The notes under the pieces: generated by a model
Seen by the model: the letters and a program-made list of their open reading frames with translations, nothing else
Databases searched by the model: none
Told to the model about the DNA's origin: nothing
Position numbers and translations under genes: made by a program
Assembly (NCBI GenBank): GCA_016177845.1
Contig: JACOUO010000014.1
Coordinates: forward strand, 187,005-251,004
DNA: 64,000 bases
Source of the DNA: Deltaproteobacteria bacterium
GTDB lineage: Bacteria > Desulfobacterota > GWC2-55-46
Reading direction: 5' to 3'
Part shown: piece by piece, positions 10,418-20,362 of the stretch
Position numbering within the stretch: the first letter of the stretch is position 1
Layout: each line of letters begins with the position of its first letter

Positions 10418-11841
10418 TATCTTCTTATGAGCCTTTTGGCAATTTTGGGGAACAGGCCGGTAAAGAGCCTCGCCCTGTAATACTGGTCAGCCGCCCTTTT
10501 CAATGCCATGGCGTCAGTCGGGTAAACATGTATCGCCCGGGATATCTTCGTTATCGGTATATTCTCATTCATCGCAAGGACATACTCATGGATAAGTTCG
10601 CCCGCGTGCGGCCCAAGTATATGCGCGCCAAGTATCTCTTTTTTATGGCAGACGACCTTGATGATACCATAGCCTTCGCCCTCGATTACAGCCCTGTCAA
10701 CATCATTGAAATAAAACCTGTATGTGCTTATATTCTTTTCGCCGTGCTCTTCTTTTGCTTCCATTTCAGTCAGGCCCACCCTTGCGAACTCCGGGTCAGT
10801 AAAGGTCGTCCACGGGACAACCCTGTAGTCCACCTTTCTTTTGCCAATCGGTAAAAGCGTATTGCTTAAGGCTATGCCCGCATGATATTCGGCAACATGG
10901 GTAAAGGCATAACTTCCAACAACATCTCCGCACGCTAATATGTGCTTCTGGCTTGTCTGCAAATGCTCATTTACCTTTATGCCCTTTCTTTTATCATATG
11001 CGATACCCGCACCCTCAAGGTTCAAGCCCTCTACATTCGGGGCCCTTCCGATGGCTATCATCAGCTCATCGCTCTCAAAGGTCTTATCCCCTGAAGAAGA
11101 GTGCGTTTTGATTACTTTCTTCCCATTACTCTCATTGACCTCTTTTACCTCTGTATTTGTAATGACATCTATCCCCTCTCTGACAAGGAGCTTAAGGAGC
11201 ATATCGGATACCTCGCTGTCTTCGCGCGAGAGTATCCGGTCTTGCCTTTCTATTATAGTGACCTTTGAGCCAAACCTTGAAAATACCTGCCCGAACTCAA
11301 CCCCTATGGGGCCGCCTCCCAAGATAGTTATGGACCCGGGAAGCTTTTCAAGCTTAAGCGCGCTTTCATTTGTAAGGGCTCCGCTGTCCTTAAGCCCCGC
11401 AATGGGCAGCATCACAGGGCTTGAACCCGTGGCAATGATAAACTTCTTTCCGCAGAGCTTCTCTCCGTTTACCTCAAAGAGATAGTTATCGACAAACCGC
11501 CCTGCCCCCAATATGACCTCAACCCCCATTTTGCGGAATCTTTCAGGGCTGTCATTCTCCCCAATCCTGGCCTGAATCCCTCTCATGCTCTCCATGACCT
11601 TGGGAAAATTGACATTCACATCGCCTGTTTCAATGCCGAACTCTGCGGCCCTGCGCACAATGGAAGCCGCCTTTGCAGATTGAATGAGGCGTTTTGTCGG
11701 CACACAGCCTGAGCGGAGACAATCGCCCCCCAGAGATTCCCTATCAACAAGCGCGACCCTTGCCCCGAGCTGGGCCGCTCCGCTGGCGCACACAAGCCCT
11801 GCCACGCCGCCCCCAATGATAACAAGGTCAAATTTTTTCAT
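10417..11841 (-). CDS. FAD-dependent pyridine nucleotide-disulfide oxidoreductase (mercuric reductase / dihydrolipoamide dehydrogenase-like)
   Basis: GGGVAG FAD-binding fold at the N-terminus, the redox-active disulfide GGDCLRSGCVPTK, a second NAD(P) Rossmann fold and a dimerisation domain with HVYPT. Confidence 0.85.
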   Translation of the reverse strand: MKKFDLVIIGGGVAGLVCASGAAQLGARVALVDRESLGGDCLRSGCVPTKRLIQSAKAASIVRRAAEFGIETGDVNVNFPKVMESMRGIQARIGENDSPERFRKMGVEVILGAGRFVDNYLFEVNGEKLCGKKFIIATGSSPVMLPIAGLKDSGALTNESALKLEKLPGSITILGGGPIGVEFGQVFSRFGSKVTIIERQDRILSREDSEVSDMLLKLLVREGIDVITNTEVKEVNESNGKKVIKTHSSSGDKTFESDELMIAIGRAPNVEGLNLEGAGIAYDKRKGIKVNEHLQTSQKHILACGDVVGSYAFTHVAEYHAGIALSNTLLPIGKRKVDYRVVPWTTFTDPEFARVGLTEMEAKEEHGEKNISTYRFYFNDVDRAVIEGEGYGIIKVVCHKKEILGAHILGPHAGELIHEYVLAMNENIPITKISRAIHVYPTDAMALKRAADQYYRARLFTGLFPKIAKRLIRR

Positions 11842-11929
11842 ATTACCCCCTTAAGGGAGAACATTAGAGCCTACGCCTTGAGTTTAACACAAACAGGCAT
11901 CTTGTGTTCCGTTGAGCGAAATATTTAAA

Positions 11930-12841
11930 TTATCTGGTTTTTTTGATTATTGGTGCAGATTCTTCGATAAAAGAGAGTGTCTCAGAAAGGGTCGGAATAC
12001 CTGCCCTGCCGCCAAGCCGGAGGCACTTCAGCGCGGCAAAGGCTGAGGCAAACTCAACGGTCTTTCTTATATGCCAGCCTTTAAGCAGGCCGTAGATATA
12101 GCTGCCGTGGAACACATCTCCTGCGCCTGTTGTGTCAACCGCCCTTACCTTAAAGGCAGGCTGACGGAACAGCTTTCCCTCAGACCAGGTGATTGAGCCG
12201 AGCTTTCCGAGCGTAATGGTGATTGCCTTGGGGTTATAGCCGGCAAGCTCTTTTATTGTGCCCTTGATGGTATTGGAAATGCCCTTTGAAAACTCCTCCG
12301 AGCAGACGATGTAGTCGCACATCTGCGCTATCTTAAGCATTCCGGGCCTGACCCTTCCGGCATCAAGCATTATGGGTATCTTGTTTTTTTTAGCGATTTC
12401 AGCGGCCCTGAGCGAGGCTTCCACCATGAGGCCGTCAAGCAGAAGAAAGTCCTGCTTTTTTATAAGGGATGGTTCTACTTCATCGGCGGCAAGCGGCGGA
12501 ACTGTAGGTCTTTGCCAGAAGATGGTGCGCGCGCCAGTTCTATTATTTACAGTGATAAAGGCAAGCTGGGATTTCCCGCCCTTTTTGGTCTTAAGCCCCC
12601 GTACATCAACCCCTGCGTCCTTTAGTCCTTTTTTGATTTCAACTCCCGCATTATCATCGGAAATCCTGCCGAGAAAAGTCGTCTTTACCTTCAAGCGGCT
12701 AAGGGCTACAAGGGCTGTTGCCGCAGGCCCTCCGCCCTGAATGCTGAACTCAAGCGCCTCTTCCTTGGTATCTTCCTTTGGGTAGCTTTTTACAAGGGCT
12801 ATGTAGTCAAGCGAGCATTGGCCGAGGCCTGCTACCTTCAT
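11930..12841 (-). CDS. PfkB-family carbohydrate kinase (ribokinase-like)
   Basis: GG motif near the N-terminus and the C-terminal DTTGAGDVFHGSYIYG nucleotide-binding signature of the ribokinase/PfkB family. Confidence 0.8.
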   Translation of the reverse strand: MKVAGLGQCSLDYIALVKSYPKEDTKEEALEFSIQGGGPAATALVALSRLKVKTTFLGRISDDNAGVEIKKGLKDAGVDVRGLKTKKGGKSQLAFITVNNRTGARTIFWQRPTVPPLAADEVEPSLIKKQDFLLLDGLMVEASLRAAEIAKKNKIPIMLDAGRVRPGMLKIAQMCDYIVCSEEFSKGISNTIKGTIKELAGYNPKAITITLGKLGSITWSEGKLFRQPAFKVRAVDTTGAGDVFHGSYIYGLLKGWHIRKTVEFASAFAALKCLRLGGRAGIPTLSETLSFIEESAPIIKKTR

Positions 12842-13258
12842 TTAATCTCCGACGACCTGCACGGCTATGCGCCTTTTTCTCGGCCTGTTGTCAAAGTCAA
12901 TCAGCACGAGCTGCTGCCATGTGCCAAGCGTCATCGAACCCCCGATTACTGGTATCGTAAGGCCGGCCTTCAGGAAAGAGGCCCTTACATGGGAAAAACC
13001 GTTCCCGTCGCCCCACTGCTTATCGTGCTGGTAAGGTATGTTTGAGGGCGCTATCCTCTCTATCGCGTCCTTTAAGTCCTGTATCACGCCTTTTTCGTAT
13101 TCTATGGTGGAGATTGAGGCGGTCGAGCCGATAACAAAGACAGTAATAAGGCCGTCCCTTACGCCAGATTCGCGGAGCACTGCCTCGACCTTCTGCGTTA
13201 TATCGATTACATCAGAGAATCCCTTTGCGCTGATATCAATATAGGATGAGTAATTCAT
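12842..13258 (-). CDS. YjbQ/UPF0047 family protein (secondary thiamine-phosphate synthase enzyme family)
   Basis: 138 aa with the characteristic ITVFV.GSTA...E...GFSHV...TIPV..G.M.LGTWQ...L.DFD motifs of the YjbQ family. Confidence 0.85.
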   Translation of the reverse strand: MNYSSYIDISAKGFSDVIDITQKVEAVLRESGVRDGLITVFVIGSTASISTIEYEKGVIQDLKDAIERIAPSNIPYQHDKQWGDGNGFSHVRASFLKAGLTIPVIGGSMTLGTWQQLVLIDFDNRPRKRRIAVQVVGD

Positions 13259-13385
13259 TCAGAAAAGATAGCACTGATTTTTTTTCATGTCAAATAGGAG
13301 GAAGAGTTAGTGCATAGTTTAAATAAAACTCTTTTTTTGAGGCAATCGGTGTTAAAATGGCTGAAATCGCTAAAGGATTCCTTGA

Positions 13386-13661
13386 ATGTTTGAATTCATC
13401 AAGTCAGCTAAAGAACTTAAGAACAAACTTAATACCTACAGGCTCGTCGTAAAGGACAAGCGCACTCCCAAGGCCGCCAAGATGCTCCTTTGGCTTGCCA
13501 TAGGCTATACTGTTATGCCCTTTGACATAATCCCTGATTTCATCCCCATTATCGGGCATATTGACGACGCAATAATCGTACCTCTGCTTATCGTAATAGC
13601 TGTCAAGATGGTGCCGAATGAGGTGATGGAAGATGCGAAGAGGAAAGCAAATGGGGGTTAA
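13386..13661 (+). CDS. DUF1232 (YkvA) family small membrane protein
   Basis: 91 aa with the DIIPDFIPIIGHIDDA signature of DUF1232. Confidence 0.75.
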   Translation: MFEFIKSAKELKNKLNTYRLVVKDKRTPKAAKMLLWLAIGYTVMPFDIIPDFIPIIGHIDDAIIVPLLIVIAVKMVPNEVMEDAKRKANGG

Positions 13662-13699
13662 AATTACTAGATCGAGAGGAATATTGACAAGTTAGTGCG

Positions 13700-14300
13700 T
13701 TAATTTTACACTTCTTTTATTCTGCTTTTGTACCCTGTCTTGTTTTAAAAACATCACATGACATAGTCCCCGTCAAAAGACCGCTCGCCCTGCCTTCCTT
13801 AGGGGATGTTCGCATTTGCGCCCTCGGGGTTTTGTAAAAACAAAATACAAAAAAGATTGCCTCGTCGCTTCGCTCCTCGCAATAAATATATTTTTCTTCC
13901 CATCTTGTAGGAGAATTTAAAAAACAGATTGCTTCGCTCCGCTCGCAATGACAATATTGGTAATCGTCATTCCCGCGAAAGCGGGAATCCAGTATTTCAG
14001 TTTCTGGATTCCCGATAGAGACATTCGGGAATGACGGCTTGATTAGGAGGAGGGCGAGAGCGAGCGTTAGTATCTATTAGCGAACGAACTCGATAGCCGG
14101 GAGCCAATGAACCGAGGAGCAAGCCCAGCGAAAAGTAAATAAGCAAACCGTTCTTTTAAGATTATATTTGGTGGGCACAGCCCACCCTACAAATAAAACT
14201 ATTTTCGCTTTTTGGCGCTTGTGGGAAGGGGAGGGGGATTTTAAAGGCTCAAAATCGCAAATTCCACCCTGTTTAAGCCCCCATTTCCTCAAACCATACC
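13700..14300. repeat. mosaic intergenic repeat block
   Basis: Module C in reverse orientation (13790-13860). Modules A in inverted tandem (gtcattcccgcgaaagcgggaatccagtatttcagtttctggattcccgatagagacattcgggaatgac; 13962-14035). Module B reverse complement (14055-14150). Module D ggtgggcacagcccaccctacaa (14170-14195). Confidence 0.85.
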
Positions 14301-14439
14301 AAAAAACCTTGTTTTTATTTCTGAGTTCGCCTTAAGGAATAATAGTTGAATATACATCCTCATTTAAGCTAAAATTACGAGGAAAGTTGAACAATAAGAT
14401 TTGCGTCAAAGATTGCTGTTGCAGGTGAGCGGTTATATA

Positions 14440-15531
14440 ATGGACGACCAGAAAAGGACAATCCTTATCATTGACGACGAAGAGCCTATCCGAAAGGTTC
14501 TCAACACCCATCTGACAAAAGAGGGTTTCAATATCATCCTTTCAGCCGGCGGCAGCGGCATTTTCGACACACTCTCCCAAAACTCCTATGACCTTGTGAT
14601 CTGCGACATAACAATGCCTGAGGTAAGCGGCATAAGGGTCCTTGAGTATGTAAAGCAGACCTTTGAGATAGTGCCCGTAATCATGCTTACGGGACTGACC
14701 GATATAAATATAGCTATCGATGTAATGAAAAAAGGCGCCTTCGATTATCTGATGAAGCCGATAAAGAAGGACGACCTGATGAATATCATCGGCAAGGCCC
14801 TTGTGCACAGGGACCTGTTGATGAGGAACAAGGAACTTGAGCTTGAGAACAGGGAGTACCAGAACTTCCTTGAGCAGAAGGTACGCGAGCGCACAAAAGA
14901 ACTGAACGCAAAGGCAATGGAACTTCAGAAAGCATATGGGCTTTTGAAATCCATGAATATCCAGTTCGTAAATGTCCTTGCCGAGACAATCGAAGCAAAA
15001 GACCATTATACAAGGGGCCATTGCAACCGCATGCGCCACCTTTGCGTGGAGCTGGGCGCCCTTGCCGGGCTTTCTCCCGAAGAACTTGAGATACTTGAAT
15101 ACGCCTCCCTCCTGCACGACCTCGGTAAAATCGGCGTCAACGAGGCTGTGCTAAACAAGGAGGGCCCGCTCACAGAGGAAGAATGCTGCCATATCAAAGA
15201 ACATACACTTATAGGCGAAAAGATACTTCAGGGCATTCCGCTGATGGAGTCTGTCGCTAAAATAATCGGGGCGCACCACGAGAGCTTTGACGGAGCAGGG
15301 TATCCCAGAGGCTTAAAAGGCACCGAAATACCCCTTTCCGCACGCATAATATCAGTTGCAGACCTCTTTGATGCCATGAGCAGCGACAGGCCTTACAGAA
15401 AGGGACTGCCGCTCGATGTCGTGCTGGAAGAAATGAGGCGGGTGTCAGGCACTCAGCTTGACCCCGAGATAGTGGAAATTTTCATCTCCAACAGGGTCCA
15501 TCTCCTTCAGAAAGAGACTGAACTTAAATAA
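14440..15531 (+). CDS. response regulator: receiver domain + HD-GYP domain (RpfG-like)
   Basis: ATG at 14440 giving MDDQKRTILIIDDEE, with the REC phospho-acceptor D. The C-terminal half has HDLGKIGV ... HHESFDGAGYP, the HD-GYP signature. The ORF-track start at 14401 is TTG. Confidence 0.85.
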   Translation: MDDQKRTILIIDDEEPIRKVLNTHLTKEGFNIILSAGGSGIFDTLSQNSYDLVICDITMPEVSGIRVLEYVKQTFEIVPVIMLTGLTDINIAIDVMKKGAFDYLMKPIKKDDLMNIIGKALVHRDLLMRNKELELENREYQNFLEQKVRERTKELNAKAMELQKAYGLLKSMNIQFVNVLAETIEAKDHYTRGHCNRMRHLCVELGALAGLSPEELEILEYASLLHDLGKIGVNEAVLNKEGPLTEEECCHIKEHTLIGEKILQGIPLMESVAKIIGAHHESFDGAGYPRGLKGTEIPLSARIISVADLFDAMSSDRPYRKGLPLDVVLEEMRRVSGTQLDPEIVEIFISNRVHLLQKETELK

Positions 15532-15641
15532 CCTGAACCCCCAAAGAAATTTATGGATTACCTTCCCATGCAAGAGTGTTTTCTGAGTAACTGCCCTTCA
15601 GCCCATTCAGATGCTTTAAGCAAAGGAGGCATCTCCCTCCC

Positions 15642-17441
15642 ATGATTAAAGTAAGGTCAACGCTCAATTACCTCGTTGTCACGATAATCATCTTTATGAT
15701 ATCGGTGACCTCGATATTCATCTATACAAGCGTACATCTTAAAAAAAAGGTAATCTTCCGCATAGTTCAGCAAACAGAGCTCATCTCTGACCTCATCACC
15801 CGTTCTTCAATGGACTTGCTGGCCGACGAGGGCCATGATAAGGCCGATTATGAAACGGTGCTTGCCTATGGAAACCAGATAGGCATTGATGATATAGGCA
15901 TATTCAGGCTTGACGGAAGTGAGTCTACATTTGAGAACGGCACCAAGGCTAAGGAGATAGGGCAGGCACAGGCACAACCGTCCCGTAAGATAAGCGTAAG
16001 CGAAAGAAACGCATTTTTCAAGGCTGTCGAGACCATGAACACGATAGGCGTCTTTGACACCGAAAACAAGATGTATGTTCGATATGTCCCGCTTAAGGCG
16101 GAATCTGCCTGCATTTCATGCCATCGCACGGAAGGCGAGGTATTGGCTGTCCTTAAAATAAAATTATTTACGGGAACAGATATCGAGCTGTTGGAATATT
16201 TGCAGAAGCTTATCTGGACACTCGGGCTTATCGTATTTCTGCCGGTTGGGGCGCTGCTTATATCGGGCGCGGTCATCAGGGAGAAGAACAGGCTCTTTTC
16301 CCAGCTTAAGAACAGCAACCTTAATCTCATAAAGACATATAACGACCTCAATGAGACAGAATACTACCTTCAGATGATACTTGACAACTCAAGGGTCATC
16401 ATCATCACAACCGATACGCAGGGCCGCATAGTGGAGTTCAATAAGGAGGCCGAAAACCTCCTTGAGTACGCCAAGGAAGAGGTTGTTGGCAAAGATGTCC
16501 TTATGCTCTATGATACCCCTCAGGAGCGCCATGAGCCAATAAGTAACGGAAAGGCAATAAACGGCGAGGTATGGGAGGTAAGGAACAGGGAGGTCGTGAT
16601 GAAGTCTAAATCGGGAAAGGCCATCCACATAAGCCTTACGCTTTCTACTATGGTAAATGACCAGGGCAGGATAATCGGAACAGTCGGAGTAGGCAAGGAC
16701 ATATCAGAGCAGAAGATGCTCCATTTCAAGCTCATGCAGTCGGAGAAGCTTGCCGGCATCGGCACCCTCGCTTCGGGCATAGCGCATGAGATTAATAACC
16801 CGCTTGCCGGCATTCTCGGCATGGCTGAGGCGATAAAGGATGAGGACGACCTCAGGCTCATCAAGGAATATACCGGCGACATCATTGAGTACACACTGAA
16901 TGCCAAGGACATTGTGCGTGAGCTATCTTCGTACTCAAGGGCCGCCAACAATATGACGGAATCGATAGTCGATGTACAGGCGGTTATTGAGAACTCGCTG
17001 AGAATGGCGCGCCACTCCGCTTCTTTCAGAGATATAAAAGTGGATATGGTCCTCAGGAAAGACTGCCATATAAACGCAAACCCGGTAGAGATACAGCAGG
17101 TGTTCGTAAACCTTATTGTAAACGCCATCCACGCCATGCATGATCAGGGCACCCTTATACTTAAGTGCTGGGAGGAGGGGGCTTTTGTAAATGCGGTGGT
17201 GGAGGATACAGGACACGGCATTTCCGAAAAAAACTTAAGCCAGATATTCGACCCGTTCTTCACTACAAAGCCTGTGGGAGAAGGTACAGGGCTCGGGCTT
17301 TATGTGGTATATAAGATCATCATGAAGTACGGCGGCAATATAGATGTGGAAAGCAGGGAAGGCGTGGGCACTAAGTTTATATTGAAATTCCCTCTGGCAC
17401 TGGAAGCTGAGACTAATTTGAATCAAGGAGACCTTTTTTGA
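15642..17441 (+). CDS. sensor histidine kinase with a periplasmic c-type heme-binding (CxxCH) sensor domain and a PAS domain
   Basis: TM1 at residues ~10-30. A ~170-aa periplasmic region contains KAESACISCHRTEG (CxxCH). TM2 at ~185-207. Then a PAS domain, the HisKA H-box SGIAHEINNPLAGI, and N, G1 and G2 boxes of the HATPase domain. Confidence 0.8.
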   Translation: MIKVRSTLNYLVVTIIIFMISVTSIFIYTSVHLKKKVIFRIVQQTELISDLITRSSMDLLADEGHDKADYETVLAYGNQIGIDDIGIFRLDGSESTFENGTKAKEIGQAQAQPSRKISVSERNAFFKAVETMNTIGVFDTENKMYVRYVPLKAESACISCHRTEGEVLAVLKIKLFTGTDIELLEYLQKLIWTLGLIVFLPVGALLISGAVIREKNRLFSQLKNSNLNLIKTYNDLNETEYYLQMILDNSRVIIITTDTQGRIVEFNKEAENLLEYAKEEVVGKDVLMLYDTPQERHEPISNGKAINGEVWEVRNREVVMKSKSGKAIHISLTLSTMVNDQGRIIGTVGVGKDISEQKMLHFKLMQSEKLAGIGTLASGIAHEINNPLAGILGMAEAIKDEDDLRLIKEYTGDIIEYTLNAKDIVRELSSYSRAANNMTESIVDVQAVIENSLRMARHSASFRDIKVDMVLRKDCHINANPVEIQQVFVNLIVNAIHAMHDQGTLILKCWEEGAFVNAVVEDTGHGISEKNLSQIFDPFFTTKPVGEGTGLGLYVVYKIIMKYGGNIDVESREGVGTKFILKFPLALEAETNLNQGDLF

Positions 17442-18592
17442 TGGCCGTTCTTTTTAGAGTTCTTTCTGTTTTTCTTCTTGTTATGACCGTATTCATGTTT
17501 TCTAAACCCGCTCTGGCCGAGGAGGACCGCCTTGACCGTATAGAGAAGGAATTGGGAGAGATAAGAAAAGAGAATAATGAACTTAAGCTTCGCCTCAAGG
17601 AGATAGAGACGGATGATGAGGAGGTACGGCATAATCTTCAGAAGCTATCAAGCCTTGTCGAGGTAAGCGGTTACGCTGACGCGGAATTTTACTTCACTGA
17701 CCAGGAGAATGAGAATAATAAGTTCCGTATCCGCCATCTAAGCCTCTTCTTCTCAAAGGATATACAGAAGGAATGGAAGCTTTTCTCTGAAATAGAATAT
17801 GAGGACGCGCCTTTAATCGAATCAAGGCACACTACAGATATCTCAGACAAAGTGCAGGGAAAGCTCTTTGTGGAGCAGATGTATATCGAGTATCATCCGC
17901 AGGTAAAATGGGACATGAGGCTTGGAAGGTTCCTTACTCCGGCAGGCATCTGGAATATATATCATTATCCGCCATTTGTCCCTACTCAGGAAAGGCCCCT
18001 GATGGTGAGAAAGATATTCCCGCAGGTATGTGACGGTATTCAGCTCAGGAACTCATTTACCCTGAATGACTCGATACTTGATACCCACCTGTATATCGCT
18101 AACGGCTCAGGCAACCCGGGCCGCCTTGACAGGAACGAGAACAAGGGAATAGGGGCAAGGGTCAATGCGGATATAATCTACGGGCTTTCGGCAGGAGCCT
18201 CATATTACAGGGAAAAAGACAACCAGAACATCAACGCGGACAGCTACGGAGTGCACCTGTTATTCAACCATGCGCCCTTTAAATTCCAGACAGAATATCA
18301 GTTCAGGCATAATGCTCCTGAGAGCGCGCGCAGCTTCAATGACAAAGGGTTATACGCCCAGTTGACATATGATATAGCCAAGTGGACATTTGCCGGAAGA
18401 TGGGACTGGTATGATAGTAATGATACGGACAGCAAAAATGACCTGTTCAGATATACAGGTGCGGTAAACTATCATTTCGCGCATAATGTAGTGGGTAAAG
18501 TTGAATATAACAGGAATGAGTTCGATGACCCTGCTGTAAAGGACTATAATGAGGTCATACTTGCCATAGTAGTTGCGATTGGGGACCTTTAA
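17438..18592 (+). CDS. putative outer-membrane beta-barrel (porin-like) protein with an N-terminal coiled coil
   Basis: Signal peptide ending ALA-EE, a coiled-coil stretch, then alternating amphipathic beta-strand pattern rich in Y/F/N/G. ATGA overlap with the kinase gene. Confidence 0.5.
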   Translation: MMAVLFRVLSVFLLVMTVFMFSKPALAEEDRLDRIEKELGEIRKENNELKLRLKEIETDDEEVRHNLQKLSSLVEVSGYADAEFYFTDQENENNKFRIRHLSLFFSKDIQKEWKLFSEIEYEDAPLIESRHTTDISDKVQGKLFVEQMYIEYHPQVKWDMRLGRFLTPAGIWNIYHYPPFVPTQERPLMVRKIFPQVCDGIQLRNSFTLNDSILDTHLYIANGSGNPGRLDRNENKGIGARVNADIIYGLSAGASYYREKDNQNINADSYGVHLLFNHAPFKFQTEYQFRHNAPESARSFNDKGLYAQLTYDIAKWTFAGRWDWYDSNDTDSKNDLFRYTGAVNYHFAHNVVGKVEYNRNEFDDPAVKDYNEVILAIVVAIGDL

Positions 18593-19035
18593 TGCGTTTT
18601 AAAAAGGCAGTGTGCTTTATTCTGGCAGCTCTCTTTATCTTTGCCTCCACAGGCAAGGCAGGGGAGGTCATTGCCGTCATCGTGAATAAAGCCAATCCGA
18701 TAAACAGCATCAGCGAAGGCGAACTTAAGAAGATATATACGAATAATATCCTGAGCTGGTCTGACGGCACCGCGATAATCATCTATGAACTTTCGGTGCA
18801 GGACCCGCTTAGAAATATTTTCTCACAGAGGATACTTGAAAAAGAGGCTGAAAAGGCAGCTGAGGAGTGGGCGCACCTTAAGCTTACCAATCAGGCAAAG
18901 AATCCGCCTCTGGCGATGAAGAGCGAGGCCCTGATCATAAGAAAGATATCAAGGGAAAAGGGTGCGATAGGCTATGTTTCCCTTGCTTCGGTAAGGGGCA
19001 GCCAGCAGATTAAAATAGTATCAACCTTTGAATGA
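18592..19035 (+). CDS. periplasmic PstS-like (phosphate-binding-protein-fold) short solute-binding domain protein
   Basis: Signal peptide, then AVIVNKANPINSISEGELKKIYTNNILSWSDGT resembling the PBP-like domains often encoded next to sensor kinases. TAATG coupling with the upstream gene. Confidence 0.5.
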   Translation: MRFKKAVCFILAALFIFASTGKAGEVIAVIVNKANPINSISEGELKKIYTNNILSWSDGTAIIIYELSVQDPLRNIFSQRILEKEAEKAAEEWAHLKLTNQAKNPPLAMKSEALIIRKISREKGAIGYVSLASVRGSQQIKIVSTFE

Positions 19036-19085
19036 GCTTCTCAGTCGAAAGCTTTTGTTTCCCTTCAAAACCGTAAGTCCCTTCT

Positions 19086-19406
19086 TTAAACCCCGTTATC
19101 ATAATCAAATTCATCGAGTTCCCCTACAGGCCGTTGGAATGTAAAATTGAAAGGGTCTGCGATGAGCCTTCTTGCGGTAACCTTTACGCTCCTTGTGGGT
19201 ACAGAGAAGGGCAGGCCTATTACAAAGACCCCTGTGCCAAGCGCCAGAGCTACCAGGCCAAGCGGCCTTGTGATTACAAGGTCAAACATTATTGCTGTAG
19301 ACGAGGGTTTCTCGCGTTCCGGCACGCTCGGCTGAGTCTCGGCATAGGATAGAGTCGAAGTAGCCAGAAATATCATGAGGAAAAGGACAGCAAATAATTT
19401 TTTCAT
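19086..19406 (-). CDS. hypothetical secreted/membrane protein
   Basis: 106 aa with a signal peptide (MKKLFAVLFLMIFLATSTLSYA) and one further hydrophobic segment. No recognisable family. Confidence 0.4.
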   Translation of the reverse strand: MKKLFAVLFLMIFLATSTLSYAETQPSVPEREKPSSTAIMFDLVITRPLGLVALALGTGVFVIGLPFSVPTRSVKVTARRLIADPFNFTFQRPVGELDEFDYDNGV

Positions 19407-19558
19407 ACCCCTGCCCCTTCTTAGGTTAGTTACTCAATATAGTAATTATGGATGGTAAATGGAATTTTGCAAGTTTTCAGTTTTTAATTCTGAAACAGCT
19501 TGCAGCGCAACAGGCTGGCAATACTTTTTGAGTGAGAGGGTGAGGGGGCCTTAATTAC

Positions 19559-20362
19559 CTACCCTTCCACCAACTGTCTGAAAGACGGATGATAGGGGCC
19601 TGCGACTATGGATTCCTCAAGCTCTTTTGTGGGCTGGAGCCCGACCCTTATTACGGTGATAGAGGCATCGTTTAAAAGCTTCATTGCCTGCCTGCAGACA
19701 GCCGTCATTTCATTAAGCGTCCAGGGGGCATAGCTGCCGCTCAGATACATCTTGTGCAAAGGCGTGTTTTTTAGAACGATTGTCGGATAGACCCTTACAA
19801 AATCCGGCTTAAGGAGTATAACCTTCTCGGTTGTTTCTATGATGGTCTGGGTCGTGTCACCGGGCAGCCCGGGCATAAACTGCAACCCCACCTTGATGCC
19901 ATGCTCTTTTAAAATCTCTACGGCTTGAATTGTTTGGGCAGATGTGTGTCCCCTGCCTGAGAGCCTTAAAACCTCATCAGACATGGACTGGACGCCAAGC
20001 TCTACGATTTCAACTTTGTATTTTTTCAGATAGCAGGCTATTTCTTCTGATATGTAATCAGGACGGGTGGAGAGGCGCAAGCTGTCAAGCCTGCCTGCCT
20101 TGATATACTTAGATGCGGCTTTAAGATAATCGTGCTGGATATTTTCAGGCAGTCCCGTAAAGCTTCCGCCGTAGAAGGCGGCCTCTTTCGCGCCAATGCC
20201 TTTCCATGTTGAAAGATATGAGTCGATTGTGCCGGTTACTTCTTTTATTGAAGGCAGGTTTACGCTTCCTGTAATGCCTTCCTGGTCGCAGAACACGCAC
20301 TGGTTAGGGCATCCGCCGAATGGGATGAAGATAGGGATGATGAGCTGTTTTTTACGCCCCAT
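19559..20362 (-). CDS. radical SAM protein, TIGR01212 (YhcC-like) family
   Basis: CPNQCVFCDQ CxxxCxxC-type radical SAM cluster motif very close to the N-terminus, with a ~265-aa length typical of TIGR01212. Confidence 0.75.
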   Translation of the reverse strand: MGRKKQLIIPIFIPFGGCPNQCVFCDQEGITGSVNLPSIKEVTGTIDSYLSTWKGIGAKEAAFYGGSFTGLPENIQHDYLKAASKYIKAGRLDSLRLSTRPDYISEEIACYLKKYKVEIVELGVQSMSDEVLRLSGRGHTSAQTIQAVEILKEHGIKVGLQFMPGLPGDTTQTIIETTEKVILLKPDFVRVYPTIVLKNTPLHKMYLSGSYAPWTLNEMTAVCRQAMKLLNDASITVIRVGLQPTKELEESIVAGPYHPSFRQLVEG

